Shown: positions 27,788 to 39,383 of the stretch, piece after piece
Layout: every line of letters starts with the position of its first letter
Numbering within the stretch: position 1 is the stretch's first letter
Origin: an uncultured Candidatus Saccharimonadales bacterium
GTDB lineage: Bacteria; Patescibacteriota; Saccharimonadia; UBA4664
Assembly: GCA_964467655.1 (NCBI GenBank)
Contig: CAYXSN010000001.1
Coordinates: 6,323-70,322, forward strand
DNA length: 64,000 nucleotides
Direction: 5' to 3'
The notes under the pieces: generated by a model
Databases searched by the model: none
Seen by the model: the letters and a program-made list of their open reading frames with translations, nothing else
Told to the model about the DNA's origin: nothing
Position numbers and translations under genes: made by a program

Positions 27788-29458
27788 TTATAGTTTAGCA
27801 GTCACAGGCTCCAGCTCAAACAGGTCACCGCCGACAGCAGCTGCAAAATAGCTGTCGTGAGAAATATAGAGAATAGCGCCTCGGTATTTCGTGAGCGCCC
27901 GCTCAAGCTCCTCAATACTTGGTAGATCGAGATGGTTGGTTGGTTCATCGAGTACCAGCAAATTGGGGTTAGCACACAACATTTTGATAAGTTGGAACCT
28001 GGCCTTTTGACCACCAGAGAGACGCTCGATGTCGAGGCGGCCGTCATTTTGGGGGTCGAAAAGATAATCGGCCAAAATTTGTCTGACTTTTTGGTCATTA
28101 ATTGGTATGCCAGCTTCATCGTAGACCCGCCTGATGGCCGGCCCTAGTGGCAACTTGAGGTAGCTCTCGGCGATTTCTTGCTCGTACACGCCGATGACAG
28201 TTTTGGCTCCTACGCCGATATCGCCGCTATAGACAGCACTTGGAATGCGCTGTCCGGCTGCTACCGCCAAGATGGCTTTGACGAGCGTTGATTTACCGAG
28301 TCCATTGCGGCCTTTTATCTGCAGCCTCTCCCCCACTGCCAGGTCGAAACTCACGGGATTAAATAATTGTGCATGGTAACCCAGACTGACTCCATCTACT
28401 GTAAACAGACTTCTGGCCCTATGTTCGCCGCCGGTGCGCAACCTAATATTGCGAGCTTTGTATTTATCGTATTTAGCCACTACTTTGTCTTGTTGTTTGT
28501 CGAGTGTTTCCTGATCGATCCAGAAATCGGGTTTTGTCATGGTGGCCTGCAACTCATCACGTTCTTTGGTGAGGCGCTTCTCCAGGAGCATGAAGGGGTT
28601 TGTTTTGTCAGCAGTGCCACTCCAGCCGGCTTTGCGGGCTTTGGCGTCGCGGATGGCTTTTTCGAGCTTAGTGAGTCGTTTTTGGGCGTTTTCGTACGAG
28701 TCAATAGCTTTGGCGGTGGCGGCGCCGTTTTGTTGCAGATAGGCGTCGTAATTACCAGGAAAACTGAGAACCTCCCTGGCTTTGATTTCGACAATTCTGT
28801 CGACGTGCGCCAGTACGTCGCGGTCGTGAGTGACCACTACTACTGCTTGCTTGGATTTGGCGAGCCAATCAATGAATATCTGCTTGGCTACATAGTCCAT
28901 ATGATTGGTAGGCTCGTCGATGAGCGCCAGATCAGCGTCTGACAGCGTCACTTTGACGAGTTCCACAAAGCGCTTTTGTCCACCCGACAAGTGACCAAAC
29001 GATCCATCGATGCGGTCCGGTGGTAATTGGAAGGTAGCGAGTTCAGTGCGCACGTCGGCCTCGGCGTCGTAATACCCTAGCTCGCCAAACCGGGTGAGGG
29101 CATCGGAATAAGCTTCAATTTTGGTCATATCCTCCCCCATTTCCAGCGGATACGTGTCGATAACGTGCTTCAGCCGCGCGTAATCTGGTAGGTTCTCCAG
29201 GATGTACTCAAGCACCGGTTTGTCGGCCAGTCCATGGTGCTCCTGGGTAGTGGAAGCAATTATGAGCCCGCGCCGAGCATCAACGGCGCCGCTGTAATCG
29301 TGATCGGTACCGGCCATGATACCAAGCAAGGTGGTTTTACCGATACCGTTACGACCGATCAGCCCTACCCGCTCGCCCGGCTGGATGGTGAGGTCGAGCC
29401 CAGTGTAGAGAGTTTTGACGCCAATGGTTTTGGTTATGTTTTGGAGGTTGAGCAACAT
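27788..29458 (-). CDS. ABC-F family ATPase (EttA/Uup/YheS-like, two ABC domains, no TMD)
   Basis: 556-aa ORF with two Walker A motifs (GRNGIGKTTLL; GRNGLGKSTLV), two ABC signature motifs (LSGGQK) and an inter-domain linker. Length matches EttA-like translation factors. Confidence 0.9.
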   Translation of the reverse strand: MLLNLQNITKTIGVKTLYTGLDLTIQPGERVGLIGRNGIGKTTLLGIMAGTDHDYSGAVDARRGLIIASTTQEHHGLADKPVLEYILENLPDYARLKHVIDTYPLEMGEDMTKIEAYSDALTRFGELGYYDAEADVRTELATFQLPPDRIDGSFGHLSGGQKRFVELVKVTLSDADLALIDEPTNHMDYVAKQIFIDWLAKSKQAVVVVTHDRDVLAHVDRIVEIKAREVLSFPGNYDAYLQQNGAATAKAIDSYENAQKRLTKLEKAIRDAKARKAGWSGTADKTNPFMLLEKRLTKERDELQATMTKPDFWIDQETLDKQQDKVVAKYDKYKARNIRLRTGGEHRARSLFTVDGVSLGYHAQLFNPVSFDLAVGERLQIKGRNGLGKSTLVKAILAVAAGQRIPSAVYSGDIGVGAKTVIGVYEQEIAESYLKLPLGPAIRRVYDEAGIPINDQKVRQILADYLFDPQNDGRLDIERLSGGQKARFQLIKMLCANPNLLVLDEPTNHLDLPSIEELERALTKYRGAILYISHDSYFAAAVGGDLFELEPVTAKL

Positions 29459-29482
29459 ATCTGGAGCATTATAGCACGCTCG

Positions 29483-29965
29483 CTAGAAATCCCAGACATT
29501 GAGCCCGATGGCGTCACTGTGGCTTTTGCTTAGTCTTGATGGGTAGGCCGTTAGGATGAGCTCGAGTGTGGCACTGCAAGCGCCCGCCATGAGGTGGCCC
29601 CCGAAACCACGCATTTGGTCATCGGCAATGGCAACATGAACGTGAACAGCTGGCTGGCCGTCTACGAGCGCGACATTCCCGGCGAGCGTGGTAATCTCAA
29701 ATACGCCGGGCAGTTCGCGCGTAGTGAATTGCTTGGTATGGATGGAGTAATGAGCCAGAGTTGGGTTTTCGATTGAACCCAGGCCCGCGATTGAGGCGTT
29801 GGTAATTGTTTGGCGGGTGCAAAAACCTGTGAGTTCGGCTAAAATGTCGTCGCCAGGGTCGAACCTGAGAGCGTAAGTGCGGGCATCAAGTGAAGCAAAT
29901 TTCATAATGCTTTCATTGTAGCAGTTTGTGAGGTTTGGCGTTGTCTCCCCATACCTGGATGGCAT
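29483..29965 (-). CDS. PPC (DUF296) domain protein
   Basis: Pattern ...LRFDPGDDILAELTGFC...ASIAGLGS...TLAHY...GVFEITTLAGNV...VHVHVAIAD..MRGFGGHLMAGACSATLEL matches the PPC/DUF296 fold. The ORF track uses a GTG at 29986; the trimmed ATG is used here. Confidence 0.65.
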   Translation of the reverse strand: MPSRYGETTPNLTNCYNESIMKFASLDARTYALRFDPGDDILAELTGFCTRQTITNASIAGLGSIENPTLAHYSIHTKQFTTRELPGVFEITTLAGNVALVDGQPAVHVHVAIADDQMRGFGGHLMAGACSATLELILTAYPSRLSKSHSDAIGLNVWDF

Positions 29966-29986
29966 GGGGAGACGTGGATGTAACAC

Positions 29987-30574
29987 TCAGCCGGATGGGG
30001 TTAGCATGCGCTCAAGTGCAGCTTGACGCCATTCGAGCCAACGGCCAACCTCTGTCATGTCGTCAGCAGTGCTGACTGGCAAGAGCAACGGCCAGACGGT
30101 TTGGCACTGGTGCAGAAGTTCACCAGTATTGTAGAGCTCATTTTGCAAATCGCAGCCGCTGTGCCAGCGAGACGTCAAACTGCTGATACCAATTGGTTGC
30201 TGATCTGCGTCGAGGGGCGGCTCATGCGACGTGTAGACGATGACCTTGATGAGGTACATATGATCTTCAATGTACCTCATAGCCGCGATCGCCAGGAGGT
30301 CGGCCAGAGCTGCATGGATCTCAGGCGTGCGGTTTGGATACCGAATGAGACCTGGCAGATGGATGCGCCACTCCTGTGGGTGAGAGGTTGCTAGACAGGT
30401 ATTGATAGTGACTGCTACCGCGCTTGCTGATCCAAGCGCGGCACCGGCAGCCTGCTGGAGATGTCTCATGAGCTGTGTGAGATCCTCCCATTCTTCAGCC
30501 TGCCTGCTCGTTTGATTCGTGACTGGTCTGCTTGTGACGTTTTCGACACTGACATGAGCCATGATTTTCGCCAA
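29987..30574 (-). CDS. Hypothetical protein (195 aa)
   Basis: ORF in codon-usage-consistent sequence. Its stop abuts the alternative GTG start of the PPC gene. No family recognised. Confidence 0.45.
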   Translation of the reverse strand: MAKIMAHVSVENVTSRPVTNQTSRQAEEWEDLTQLMRHLQQAAGAALGSASAVAVTINTCLATSHPQEWRIHLPGLIRYPNRTPEIHAALADLLAIAAMRYIEDHMYLIKVIVYTSHEPPLDADQQPIGISSLTSRWHSGCDLQNELYNTGELLHQCQTVWPLLLPVSTADDMTEVGRWLEWRQAALERMLTPSG

Positions 30575-30646
30575 TCCTTGAAGGTACGTTCGGACTTGCG
30601 TATTATGACACCCTTCTGGCAGTTTGGCGATTTATTTTGCACCATC

Positions 30647-30676
30647 AAAAAAACCGCCGGTAGCAGCGGTTTTTTT
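30647..30676 (-). terminator. Bidirectional rho-independent terminator downstream of rpsG
   Basis: AAAAAAA-ACCGC-CGGTAGCA-GCGGT-TTTTTT, a 5-bp GC-rich stem flanked by A and T runs, about 20 nt after the rpsG stop on the minus strand. Confidence 0.5.
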
Positions 30677-30695
30677 GATTAGTTTGAGTGTTTGT

Positions 30696-31172
30696 TTAGT
30701 AGCGGGCAAAGTGAGCGAATGCGCGGTTGGCATCAGCCATCCTGTGGGTATCTTCGCGCTTCTTGATGGCGTCGCCTGTGTTGTTGGCGGCGTTGAGTAG
30801 CTCGTCGGCCAGACGGCCATCAAAACCTTTACCTGATTTACCACGGGCAGCAGCCAGAATCCAGGTCATAGCCAAGTGGATTTTACGGTCGCCACGAACT
30901 TCCATTGGAACTTGATAGGTGGCGCCACCGACGCGCTTGGCTTTTACCTGTACGCTGGGTGCGACGTTTTTGATGGCGTTCTCAAAGATTTCCAGGGCTG
31001 GTTGTTTGCCTTTGGTTTCTGCTTGCTCAAGTGCTTTGTATAGCAAGGTTTCGGCCAGGCGTTTTTTGCCATTCCGCATGATCTTGTTAGTCATCTTGGT
31101 GACAAGCACACTCTGATATTTGAGATCGGGTGTGAGGTCACGCTTGAATGATTTGGTGGTTTTACGAGGCAT
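30696..31172 (-). CDS. rpsG: 30S ribosomal protein S7
   Basis: 158-aa ORF MPRKTTKSFKRDLTPDLKYQSVLVTKMTNKIMRNGKK... canonical S7. Confidence 0.95.
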   Translation of the reverse strand: MPRKTTKSFKRDLTPDLKYQSVLVTKMTNKIMRNGKKRLAETLLYKALEQAETKGKQPALEIFENAIKNVAPSVQVKAKRVGGATYQVPMEVRGDRKIHLAMTWILAAARGKSGKGFDGRLADELLNAANNTGDAIKKREDTHRMADANRAFAHFARY

Positions 31173-31253
31173 CTTAAACTATTTCTCCTTCTATGGGATA
31201 CTACCGCTGGTTCCAGATATACACTGGGCGGTGGATGCTAAAGTGGTTAATGG

Positions 31254-31691
31254 TTACTTTTTACCTTTGGCAGGTGCACTATCGGCGTCTTTTTTGGCGC
31301 CGTACAGCGAGCGGCCTTGCTTGCGCTTGGCGACACCGGCGGTGTCGAGGGCACCACGCACTACCGTGTAACGCACACCAGGCAAGTCTTTGGGGCCGCC
31401 GCCCTGCACCAGCACTACCGAGTGCTCTTGCAGGTTGTGGCCAATGCCGGGAATGTAGGCAGTGACTTCCATGCCGTTCGTTAGGCGAACACGGGCGATT
31501 TTACGCAAAGCCGAGTTTGGCTTACGAGGGGTGGTAGTCGAAACTTTAATACAAACGCCGCGCTTGAGTGGGCTGGGTTTGACGTAGCTTGAATTTTTAA
31601 GCGAGTTGGTCACACGCTGCAAGGCAACGGTGTCATACTTTTGCTTGGGATCTTTGCGCGGTTTGCGCAGCAGTTGGGAAATGGTTGGCAT
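31254..31691 (-). CDS. rpsL: 30S ribosomal protein S12
   Basis: 145-aa [21 protein letters not shown]...[10 protein letters not shown], canonical S12. Confidence 0.95.
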   Translation of the reverse strand: MPTISQLLRKPRKDPKQKYDTVALQRVTNSLKNSSYVKPSPLKRGVCIKVSTTTPRKPNSALRKIARVRLTNGMEVTAYIPGIGHNLQEHSVVLVQGGGPKDLPGVRYTVVRGALDTAGVAKRKQGRSLYGAKKDADSAPAKGKK

Positions 31692-31720
31692 AGTGGTTTT
31701 ACAGGTTACGGTTGTTAATC

Positions 31721-34700
31721 TTACAGAGTTTCTTGGTCACTGTCAATCTCGGCGGGTTCAGGAGTACTATCAGCACTCACTTGTACCGTTTCATCCTTGA
31801 CGGCTTCAGCTAAATCGCCTGAGTCATCGGGCAGTGTGGCATGTTCAGCTGTTTCCAACTCGAGGCTGCGGCCGCTTTCGACATTAAAGCCGGTACCCAC
31901 AGGTATGAGGCGGCCGATGATGACGTTTTCTTTGAGACCACGAAGCTTATCGGTCTTGCCGCGGACAGCCGCTGCAATCAGGACGCGAGTGGTGTCTTGG
32001 AAACTGGCAGCCGAGAGGAACGAGTCGCTGGAGAGCGAAATCTTGGTGACTGGCAGCAGGAGCTGGATGAAGGTAGATGGTTGTTTACCTTCGGCTTCCA
32101 GGGCCGCATTGTCTTCCATGACAGCCTGGCGGGGCAGAATTTCGCCTGTCACGAAGAGTGAATCGCCCGGCTCTTCGATCTGCACGCGGCTGAACATCTG
32201 CCTGATGATGACCTCAATATGCTTGTCTGACACAATCTGGCCTTGAGAGGCGTAAATGGCTTGCACTTCAGCAATGATGTAGCGCTCGACAGTAGGCCGG
32301 CCCGACAGCGTGAGCATGTCCTGCAAGTTGATCGAGCCTTCGGTCAGCCTTTGGCCCGGTACAACGAGGTCGCCGGTTTTAACCTCAAGGTTCTGGAAGG
32401 CCGGGATGGCAAACTCGCGCTCAGAACCGGCCACGTGAGTGATGTCGATCGATTCTTTGTGTAGCTTGATGGTGCCTTCTTCTTTGGCTTTGAGCGGTTT
32501 CTTGCCACCATCAAGGGCAGCGATTACGTCGCCGGCTATCACCTTCTGGCCCGATTTGACGGCGGCGGTGCGCCCATCGAGCTGGTATGTAGAAACCTTC
32601 TCTTCACTCGGCTGGATTCTCACAAGTTGCTTGCCGCCGGCTTGCTTGACTGTCACCGATCCGGCTACATCTGCCAAGATGGCTTGAGCCTTGGGTGAAC
32701 GGGCTTCAAAGATCTCTTCGACACGGGGCAGACCTGTGGTGATGTCTTCGCCGGCAATACCACCCTTGTGGAAGGTTTTCATAGTGAGCTGAGTACCTGG
32801 TTCACCGATTGACTGGGCGGCAATGACGCCGACAGGTTCGCCCATAGTGACCAGATGGCCACGGGCGAGGTCGAGACCGTAGCACAAGCGGCAGATTCCC
32901 CAGCTGGAGCGGCAGCTCAGGACGCTCCTGATGACCACATCATCGATACCGGCTTCACCAATGGCCTGAGCCTGTTCACTGCCGATGAGGTCGCCAGCTG
33001 CAACGAGTGTTGTTGCGCCGTGCTTGATCGCTTGAGCAGCAACGCGGCCACTCAGGCGGTGGGCAAACGATTCACCAATGGCGGTGGAGTCACGCCGTGA
33101 CAACAAGGTGCCAGCCGTGTCGCCACAATCGTCTTCGGTGATAATGACGTCTTGAGAAACGTCGACCAAACGGCGAGTGAGGTAACCTGATTCAGCAGTC
33201 TTCAAGGCGGTATCGGTCAGACCTTTGCGGGCGCCGTGAGTAGAGTTGAAGTACTCAAGCACCGAGAAACCTTCTTTGTAGTTAGACTTGATCGGCAGCT
33301 CAATGGTGCGGCCTGAAGGGTCGACCACGAGTCCCAACATACCGGCAATCTGGTTTGCCTGGGCGGTGTCACCTTCGGCGCCTGAGTCGATGAAGATGGC
33401 TGTTGAAGTTTTGCCTTCTTTGAGCTTGTCGGCAACCAGTTTCATGATGGCATCATTAGCTTTCTTCCAGGTATCGACGGTGCGCTGGTACCTTTCGTCT
33501 TCGGTGATAAGGCCTTGGTCGTATTGGCTAGAGATTTGAGCAGCTTGCTTTTCGCCGTCAGCCAAGACGCCGGTTTTAGATTCGGGTACGAGGTAGTCGT
33601 CGAGCGATACCGAGACTCCCGAAGCCGTCGAGTACGTAAAGCCTAAATCTTTGACCAGATCGATAACGCTGGCAGTTTCTTCGCCACCGTAACGGACGAA
33701 TACTTCACCCATGAGGCGTTGCAGCACTTTTTTGGTCATGGTTTCATTTCTGAAGCCAAAGTCAGCAGGCAGGATTTCGTTAAAGAAGATCCGGCCGACA
33801 GTTGTTTCGATCAGGTGGCCTCCGACCGGTACCTTGATGAGTGTTTGCAGCTTAATGGCGCCGGTTTCGTACGCCAGGATGGCTTCGTTGCTGCTGGAGA
33901 AAATCTTCTGGGCTTTGGTCTCGCCAAATTTGAGGTGGGTCAGGTAGTAGTTACCCAGTACCATGTCTTTGGTGGCGTCTACGACTACTTCACCATCTGC
34001 CGGCTTGAGAAGGTTTTTGCTTGAAAGCATAATCTCGCGGGCTTCACGCTGGGCAGCTTCTGACAACGGCACGTGTACTGCCATCTGATCGCCATCGAAG
34101 TCAGCGTTAAAGGCCCGGCAAACCAGCGGATGCAGTTGGATGGCTTTGCCTTCGATCAGGACGGGCTTAAAAGCCTGGATGCCCAAACGGTGCAATGTGG
34201 GGGCGCGGTTTAATAGTACATACTTGTCGGCGATAATCTCTTCGAGCGTGTCCCAGACGACGCCAACGGCCCGCTCAATCATGCGTGAGGCGCTTTTGAC
34301 GTTGTGGGCGTGGCCTTGTTCGATAAGTGAGCCAATGACGAAGGGCTTGAATAGTTCAAGGGCCATCATCTTGGGTAAGCCGCACTGATGGATGCGTAGA
34401 GCTGGACCGGCCACAATGACCGAGCGACCAGAGTAGTCGACGCGCTTACCAAGCAGGTTCTGGCGGAACCGGCCTTGCTTGCCTTTTAGCATGTCACTCA
34501 AACTCTTGAGTTTGCGACGGGTGCCAGTGCTTGAGACGGCCCGTTCGCGACGGGCATTGTTGTCGATGAGGGCATCAACTGCCTCCTGGAGCATACGCTT
34601 TTCGTTGCGGCGGATGACTTCGGGGGCATCAAGCTCGATGAGACGTTTGAGACGGTTGTTGCGGTTAATCACGCGGCGGTAGAGGTCGTTGAGGTCTGAG

Positions 34701-35650
34701 GCAGCAAAACGGCCACCAGCCAGCTGCACCATAGGGCGCAAGTCCGGCGGGATGACGGGTAGCTCGGTGAGTACCATCCACTCAGGACGGATACCAGCTG
34801 CCTTCATGCCCTCGAGAGTTTTGAGGCGCTTGAGGGTTTTTTTGCGTTTTTGGCCTTGGGAATTTTCGGCCTCGGTGGTGAGCTCATCAACCAATTGATT
34901 GATGTCGATCTCGCCAAGCAAGTTGCGAATGGCTTCGGCGCCAATTTCGGCTCTGAAGACGTCGCCATACTTGAGATTGAGATCACGGTATTTAGCTTCA
35001 GGTAGCAGGGTCAGACGAGCTAGACCTTCGAGCTCGGCCTTGGCATTGGCCCGGGCAGCATCGAGCTCTTCGAGCTCGGCAGATTGTGCGGCTGCCAGCT
35101 CCTTGACGTCGACGCCTTCTTCGGTAGCGCGGGCTTCGTAACCTTTGATGACTTCATTGTGGCGGGCATTGAAGTCGGTCTCAAGGTCGGCCAAGCTTTG
35201 GGCTCGCTTATCTTCGTCGACGGAAGTCACAATGTAATTGGCGAAGTAAGCTACGCGTTCAAGATCGCGGATACTCATGTTGAGTACTAGACCGATTGAG
35301 CTAGGCGTGCCCCTTAAGAACCAGATGTGAGTCACGGGTACGGCCAAGCTGATGTGACCCATACGTTCACGGCGGACAATACTGCGAGTAACGCGCACGC
35401 CGCACTTGTCACAGACGACATCCTTATATCTGATACGTTTATATTTACCGCAGTAACATTCCCAGTCCTTTGTCGGACCAAAGATCTTTTCACAGAACAG
35501 GCCGTCTTTTTCGGGCTTCTGGGTGCGGTAGTTGATAGTTTCGGGTTTGGTGACCTCACCGTGTGACCAGCCAAGGATCATATCGGGAGACGCCAGCGAC
35601 AGCTTGACGCCATCGAAGTCGGTGGTGGCTTGGTTTTCGAGTAATTCCAT
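31721..35650 (-). CDS. rpoC: DNA-directed RNA polymerase beta' subunit
   Basis: 1309-aa ORF with zinc-finger Cys cluster ([23 protein letters not shown]), NADFDGD active site and trigger loop. Confidence 0.97.
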   Translation of the reverse strand: MELLENQATTDFDGVKLSLASPDMILGWSHGEVTKPETINYRTQKPEKDGLFCEKIFGPTKDWECYCGKYKRIRYKDVVCDKCGVRVTRSIVRRERMGHISLAVPVTHIWFLRGTPSSIGLVLNMSIRDLERVAYFANYIVTSVDEDKRAQSLADLETDFNARHNEVIKGYEARATEEGVDVKELAAAQSAELEELDAARANAKAELEGLARLTLLPEAKYRDLNLKYGDVFRAEIGAEAIRNLLGEIDINQLVDELTTEAENSQGQKRKKTLKRLKTLEGMKAAGIRPEWMVLTELPVIPPDLRPMVQLAGGRFAASDLNDLYRRVINRNNRLKRLIELDAPEVIRRNEKRMLQEAVDALIDNNARRERAVSSTGTRRKLKSLSDMLKGKQGRFRQNLLGKRVDYSGRSVIVAGPALRIHQCGLPKMMALELFKPFVIGSLIEQGHAHNVKSASRMIERAVGVVWDTLEEIIADKYVLLNRAPTLHRLGIQAFKPVLIEGKAIQLHPLVCRAFNADFDGDQMAVHVPLSEAAQREAREIMLSSKNLLKPADGEVVVDATKDMVLGNYYLTHLKFGETKAQKIFSSSNEAILAYETGAIKLQTLIKVPVGGHLIETTVGRIFFNEILPADFGFRNETMTKKVLQRLMGEVFVRYGGEETASVIDLVKDLGFTYSTASGVSVSLDDYLVPESKTGVLADGEKQAAQISSQYDQGLITEDERYQRTVDTWKKANDAIMKLVADKLKEGKTSTAIFIDSGAEGDTAQANQIAGMLGLVVDPSGRTIELPIKSNYKEGFSVLEYFNSTHGARKGLTDTALKTAESGYLTRRLVDVSQDVIITEDDCGDTAGTLLSRRDSTAIGESFAHRLSGRVAAQAIKHGATTLVAAGDLIGSEQAQAIGEAGIDDVVIRSVLSCRSSWGICRLCYGLDLARGHLVTMGEPVGVIAAQSIGEPGTQLTMKTFHKGGIAGEDITTGLPRVEEIFEARSPKAQAILADVAGSVTVKQAGGKQLVRIQPSEEKVSTYQLDGRTAAVKSGQKVIAGDVIAALDGGKKPLKAKEEGTIKLHKESIDITHVAGSEREFAIPAFQNLEVKTGDLVVPGQRLTEGSINLQDMLTLSGRPTVERYIIAEVQAIYASQGQIVSDKHIEVIIRQMFSRVQIEEPGDSLFVTGEILPRQAVMEDNAALEAEGKQPSTFIQLLLPVTKISLSSDSFLSAASFQDTTRVLIAAAVRGKTDKLRGLKENVIIGRLIPVGTGFNVESGRSLELETAEHATLPDDSGDLAEAVKDETVQVSADSTPEPAEIDSDQETL

Positions 35651-35652
35651 GA

Positions 35653-38600
35653 CTAGCCTTTCATTTCCAAGTTAGTGTCATCGTCGTCTTCTAAGCCGGT
35701 CGCTAAAACGAAATCTTGGTCAACTTCATCTTCGGCGGCTTGGTCGAGAGCTTCAAATTCGTCTTCACCGCCAGTGGTCGCCAAGTCGACCAGCGGCATA
35801 TCGGCCACAACGGCATCACCTTCAAGGATCTGGTCTGAACCGAGGTCAGTAATTTCGTCATCGAGACGTTGGGCGATCACGGTCTCGGCGTCAATTTGAC
35901 TGATCACAGCTGAACCACCTTGAGTCAGATCAACTGACAAACCGAGTGATTGTAGTTCTTTGACCAGTACGTTGAAGCTTTCAGGGATGCGCGGCCCGCG
36001 GATCTCTTCACTCTTGATAATTGACTCGTAGGCCTTAGAACGGCCGACCACGTCATCAGACTTAATGGTGAGGATTTCCTGCAGGGTGTTGGCGGCGCCA
36101 TAGGCCTCAAGGGCCCAGACTTCCATTTCACCGAAGCGCTGGCCGCCCATTTGAGCCTTACCACCCAGCGGCTGCTGAGTCACCATAGCGTAGGGGCCAG
36201 TTGAGCGGGCGTGAATCTTATCGTCAACCATGTGCTGCAATTTGAGCATGTACTTGTAACCAACAGTGGTGCGTTCTTGGAAGGGCTCGCCGGTTTGGCC
36301 GTCATACAACTGTGCCTTACCGTCTTCAGGGAGACCGGCTTTTTTGAGCTGAGCTTTGATTTCATCGACGCCTACCCCATCGAATACCGGTGAAGCTACA
36401 GTATAGCCAAGAGCATGGGCTGCCCAACCGAGATGAGTTTCAAAAATCTGGCCAATGTTCATGCGCTTGCCAACACCCAGCGGGTTTAGGATGATGTCGG
36501 CCGGGGTACCGTCTTCGAGGTACGGCATGTCTTCGACTGGCAGAATTCGGGCGATAACGCCCTTGTTGCCGTGGCGGCCGGCCATCTTGTCGCCCATAGT
36601 GATCTTGCGCATTTGGGCGACTGATACATGATATTGTTCAATGACACCAGCCTGGAGTTCGTCGCCGTTTTCCCGTGAGAAAACTTTTACGCCGACGACT
36701 TTGCCACGCTCGCCGTTGGGCAGGCGTAACGAAGTATCTTTGACGTCGCGGGCTTTCTCACCGAAGATGGCACGGAGTAGTTTTTCTTCTGAGGAAAGCT
36801 CTTGTTCACCCTTGGGAGTAATCTTACCGACGAGAATGTCTCCGGCCGTTACCTCGGCGCCAATGCGGACGATACCTTGCTCATCGAGGTCTTTGAGCGA
36901 GTCTTCAGAGACGTTGGCGATGTCACGGGTGACTTGCTCTGGTCCCAGTTTGGTATCACGAACATCAACCGTGTGTGTCTCAATGTGAATGCTCGTGTAA
37001 CGATCATCGGTCACGAGTCGCTGGCTTAAGACGATGGCATCTTCGAAGTTGTAGCCCTTCCAGTTCATGAAGGCGACGAGAACATTCTGTCCCAGGGCGA
37101 GTTCGCCGTGGTCTGTCGACATACCATCAACGAGGACATCGCCTTTTTTGATTTCTTCGCCAGCAGCCACTACACATTTCTGATGAATGGAGGTACCAAC
37201 GTTACTGCGGACAAAGTTGGTCAGCTCATAGGTCTTCGTTTCGCCGTTTTTATAGGTAACGGTTACGGCTGTGGCGGTGGCTGAGTCGACGATACCGTCA
37301 GCTTCAGCCAATACCACCTGATGAGAGTCGCGAGCGACAGTGCCTTCCATACCGGTACCAACGATCGGAGCCTGAGGTTTGATGAGGGCCACGGCTTGTT
37401 TTTGCATATTGGCGCCCATGAGCGCGCGCTTGGCATTGTCATGCTCGACAAATGGAATGAGCGACGCTGATACCGAAACGATCTGTTTGGACGAGACATC
37501 CATGTAGTCAACTGCTCCGGTGTCAACTTCTTCGGCCTCACCCTTGAGGCGGGCAGCCACACGCGGAGTAGTAAAGTAGCCGTTTTCATCAGTCTGGGCA
37601 CCATAGCCAGCAATCACCAATTGCTCTTCATCACTGGCGTCCAACCAGGCGACATTGTCGGTAACACGAGGCTTAACTGCAACTGTTTCAACGCCGGCTT
37701 TGGCCAGCTTTTTGGCGGCAGCTTCAGTAATTTTTTCGCCGGACTTTACAACCACTTCGGCGCCAATCTTGGCAGCGCCGCGGGCAATTTCGCCAGCCGA
37801 TTCGGCGGCCGGGACACCCTTTATCACAATGCGGTAAGGGGTTTCGATAAAGCCGTATTCGTTGACGCGAGCATAGGTCGACAAGTTTGATACTAAGCCG
37901 ATGTTTGGACCTTCTGGAGTTTCAATTGGGCAGAGGCGGCCATAGTGGCTCCGGTGGACGTCCCGGACTTCAAAGCCTGCCCGCTCACGGCTTAAACCAC
38001 CAGGTCCCATGGCATTGAGACGGCGCTTGTGCACGACCTCATCGAGAGGGTTAATCTGACTCATGAACTGAGACAATTGGGAACTGGCAAAGAATTCGCG
38101 GACGCTCGCTACAATTGGGCGCACGTTGACGAGCTGGCCGGGAGTAACTGTGGTGGTGTCATACACACTCATACGGTCTTTGACGATACGTTCCATCCGG
38201 GCCAGACCGATGCGGAACTTGGCCTGCATGAGCTCGCCAACCATCTTGAGGCGGCGGTTTGACAGCTGATCGATATCATCAGCAGTGCCGTGGCCGTTTT
38301 GAAGCTGAATGATCTCCGAGACAATAGCTACCAAATCTTCGCGCCTAAGGGTGCGATACTGGGCCGTATTGGGCACATCGAGCCCAAGACGCTTGTTGAT
38401 CTTGTAGCGGCCGACTTTCGAGAAATCATAGCGCTTGAAATCGAAAAACATACTCTCAATGAGGCTCTTGGAGTTTTCGACAGTAGCAAGGTCGCCCGGG
38501 CGGATGCGGCGATAGACCTCCATGAGCGCCTCGGACACGGTAGAGCTAGGATCTTTCTCGAGTGTTTCATGGATGTACTTGATGCCGCCGGTGTCGACGT

Positions 38601-39222
38601 CCTTGAAAAGCTCTTTGATATCTTTGTCTGAGCCGTAGCCGAAGGCCCGCAATAATGTGGTAATCGGGAGTTTACGCTTGCGGTCGATTTTTACTGATAT
38701 TACACCAGTGGCGGAAGTATCGAGCTCGAGCCAGGCACCGCGGCTCGGGATGACCTTGGCACCAAACAATTCGGTGCCGCCGGTGCGTTCTGATGTAAAG
38801 AAGACGCCCGGTGATCGGACGAGCTGTGATACCACCACCCGTTCGGCGCCGTTGATCACAAACGTACCACGGTCGGTCATCCACGGGTAATCGCCCAGGA
38901 AGATCTCTTGTTCGCGGACTTCGCCGGTTTGCTTATTGAGCAGTTCGGCTTTGGCCTTGAGGGGAACCTCAAAACTGGCGTTTTTGAGCTTGGCGGTTTT
39001 CTCGTTATACTTGGGCTCTTCAAAGTGGAAGTCTTTGAGGGACAGAGCCAAAGATGTACCCGTAAAATCCTCGATGGGGTTGATTTCGGCGAACAGTTCC
39101 GTCAGCCCTTCGGTGACAAACCACTCAAAGGATTTGAGTTGGATTTCAATCAAGTTAGGTAATGGTAAAACTTCGGTTGTGCTTTTGAGGTTTTTGCGGA
39201 TGCGCGCGCCTGAACGAGCCAA
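35653..39222 (-). CDS. rpoB: DNA-directed RNA polymerase beta subunit
   Basis: 1189-aa ORF with conserved beta-subunit regions (rifampicin cluster region, [13 protein letters not shown]). Confidence 0.97.
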   Translation of the reverse strand: MARSGARIRKNLKSTTEVLPLPNLIEIQLKSFEWFVTEGLTELFAEINPIEDFTGTSLALSLKDFHFEEPKYNEKTAKLKNASFEVPLKAKAELLNKQTGEVREQEIFLGDYPWMTDRGTFVINGAERVVVSQLVRSPGVFFTSERTGGTELFGAKVIPSRGAWLELDTSATGVISVKIDRKRKLPITTLLRAFGYGSDKDIKELFKDVDTGGIKYIHETLEKDPSSTVSEALMEVYRRIRPGDLATVENSKSLIESMFFDFKRYDFSKVGRYKINKRLGLDVPNTAQYRTLRREDLVAIVSEIIQLQNGHGTADDIDQLSNRRLKMVGELMQAKFRIGLARMERIVKDRMSVYDTTTVTPGQLVNVRPIVASVREFFASSQLSQFMSQINPLDEVVHKRRLNAMGPGGLSRERAGFEVRDVHRSHYGRLCPIETPEGPNIGLVSNLSTYARVNEYGFIETPYRIVIKGVPAAESAGEIARGAAKIGAEVVVKSGEKITEAAAKKLAKAGVETVAVKPRVTDNVAWLDASDEEQLVIAGYGAQTDENGYFTTPRVAARLKGEAEEVDTGAVDYMDVSSKQIVSVSASLIPFVEHDNAKRALMGANMQKQAVALIKPQAPIVGTGMEGTVARDSHQVVLAEADGIVDSATATAVTVTYKNGETKTYELTNFVRSNVGTSIHQKCVVAAGEEIKKGDVLVDGMSTDHGELALGQNVLVAFMNWKGYNFEDAIVLSQRLVTDDRYTSIHIETHTVDVRDTKLGPEQVTRDIANVSEDSLKDLDEQGIVRIGAEVTAGDILVGKITPKGEQELSSEEKLLRAIFGEKARDVKDTSLRLPNGERGKVVGVKVFSRENGDELQAGVIEQYHVSVAQMRKITMGDKMAGRHGNKGVIARILPVEDMPYLEDGTPADIILNPLGVGKRMNIGQIFETHLGWAAHALGYTVASPVFDGVGVDEIKAQLKKAGLPEDGKAQLYDGQTGEPFQERTTVGYKYMLKLQHMVDDKIHARSTGPYAMVTQQPLGGKAQMGGQRFGEMEVWALEAYGAANTLQEILTIKSDDVVGRSKAYESIIKSEEIRGPRIPESFNVLVKELQSLGLSVDLTQGGSAVISQIDAETVIAQRLDDEITDLGSDQILEGDAVVADMPLVDLATTGGEDEFEALDQAAEDEVDQDFVLATGLEDDDDTNLEMKG

Positions 39223-39354
39223 TATCTAAGCTCTCCTATGGTTATAAATTTCTTACTTGATGTGGATGCGTTGGGCCCGAGGTTTTTCTAAACACATAAA
39301 ACTACGGCGCACAAAGTCCATAGTTTGGTAGATTTAAGCATCCTCTTAAACTAG

Positions 39355-39383
39355 ATTTTTGCAGATATACGTACTGTTGTCAA
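39355..39383 (-). promoter_or_regulatory. Weak candidate promoter upstream of rpoB (TTGACA-17nt-AAAAAT)
   Basis: Minus strand reads TTGACA (plus 39378-39383, overlapping the MFS stop codon), 17 nt, then AAAAAT. The -10 is poor. Confidence 0.25.

Noticed and set aside
31797-35566. Multiple plus-strand ORFs of 67-149 aa inside rpoC (e.g. 31797-32246, 33719-34024, 34479-34682, 35327-35566), and similar ones inside rpoB (36641-36988, 38290-38631, 38908-39229)
   Set aside because: They are antisense to very strongly supported rpoB and rpoC reading frames and have GC-rich, low-complexity Ala/Arg/Ser composition. These are typical spurious frames in high-GC coding DNA.
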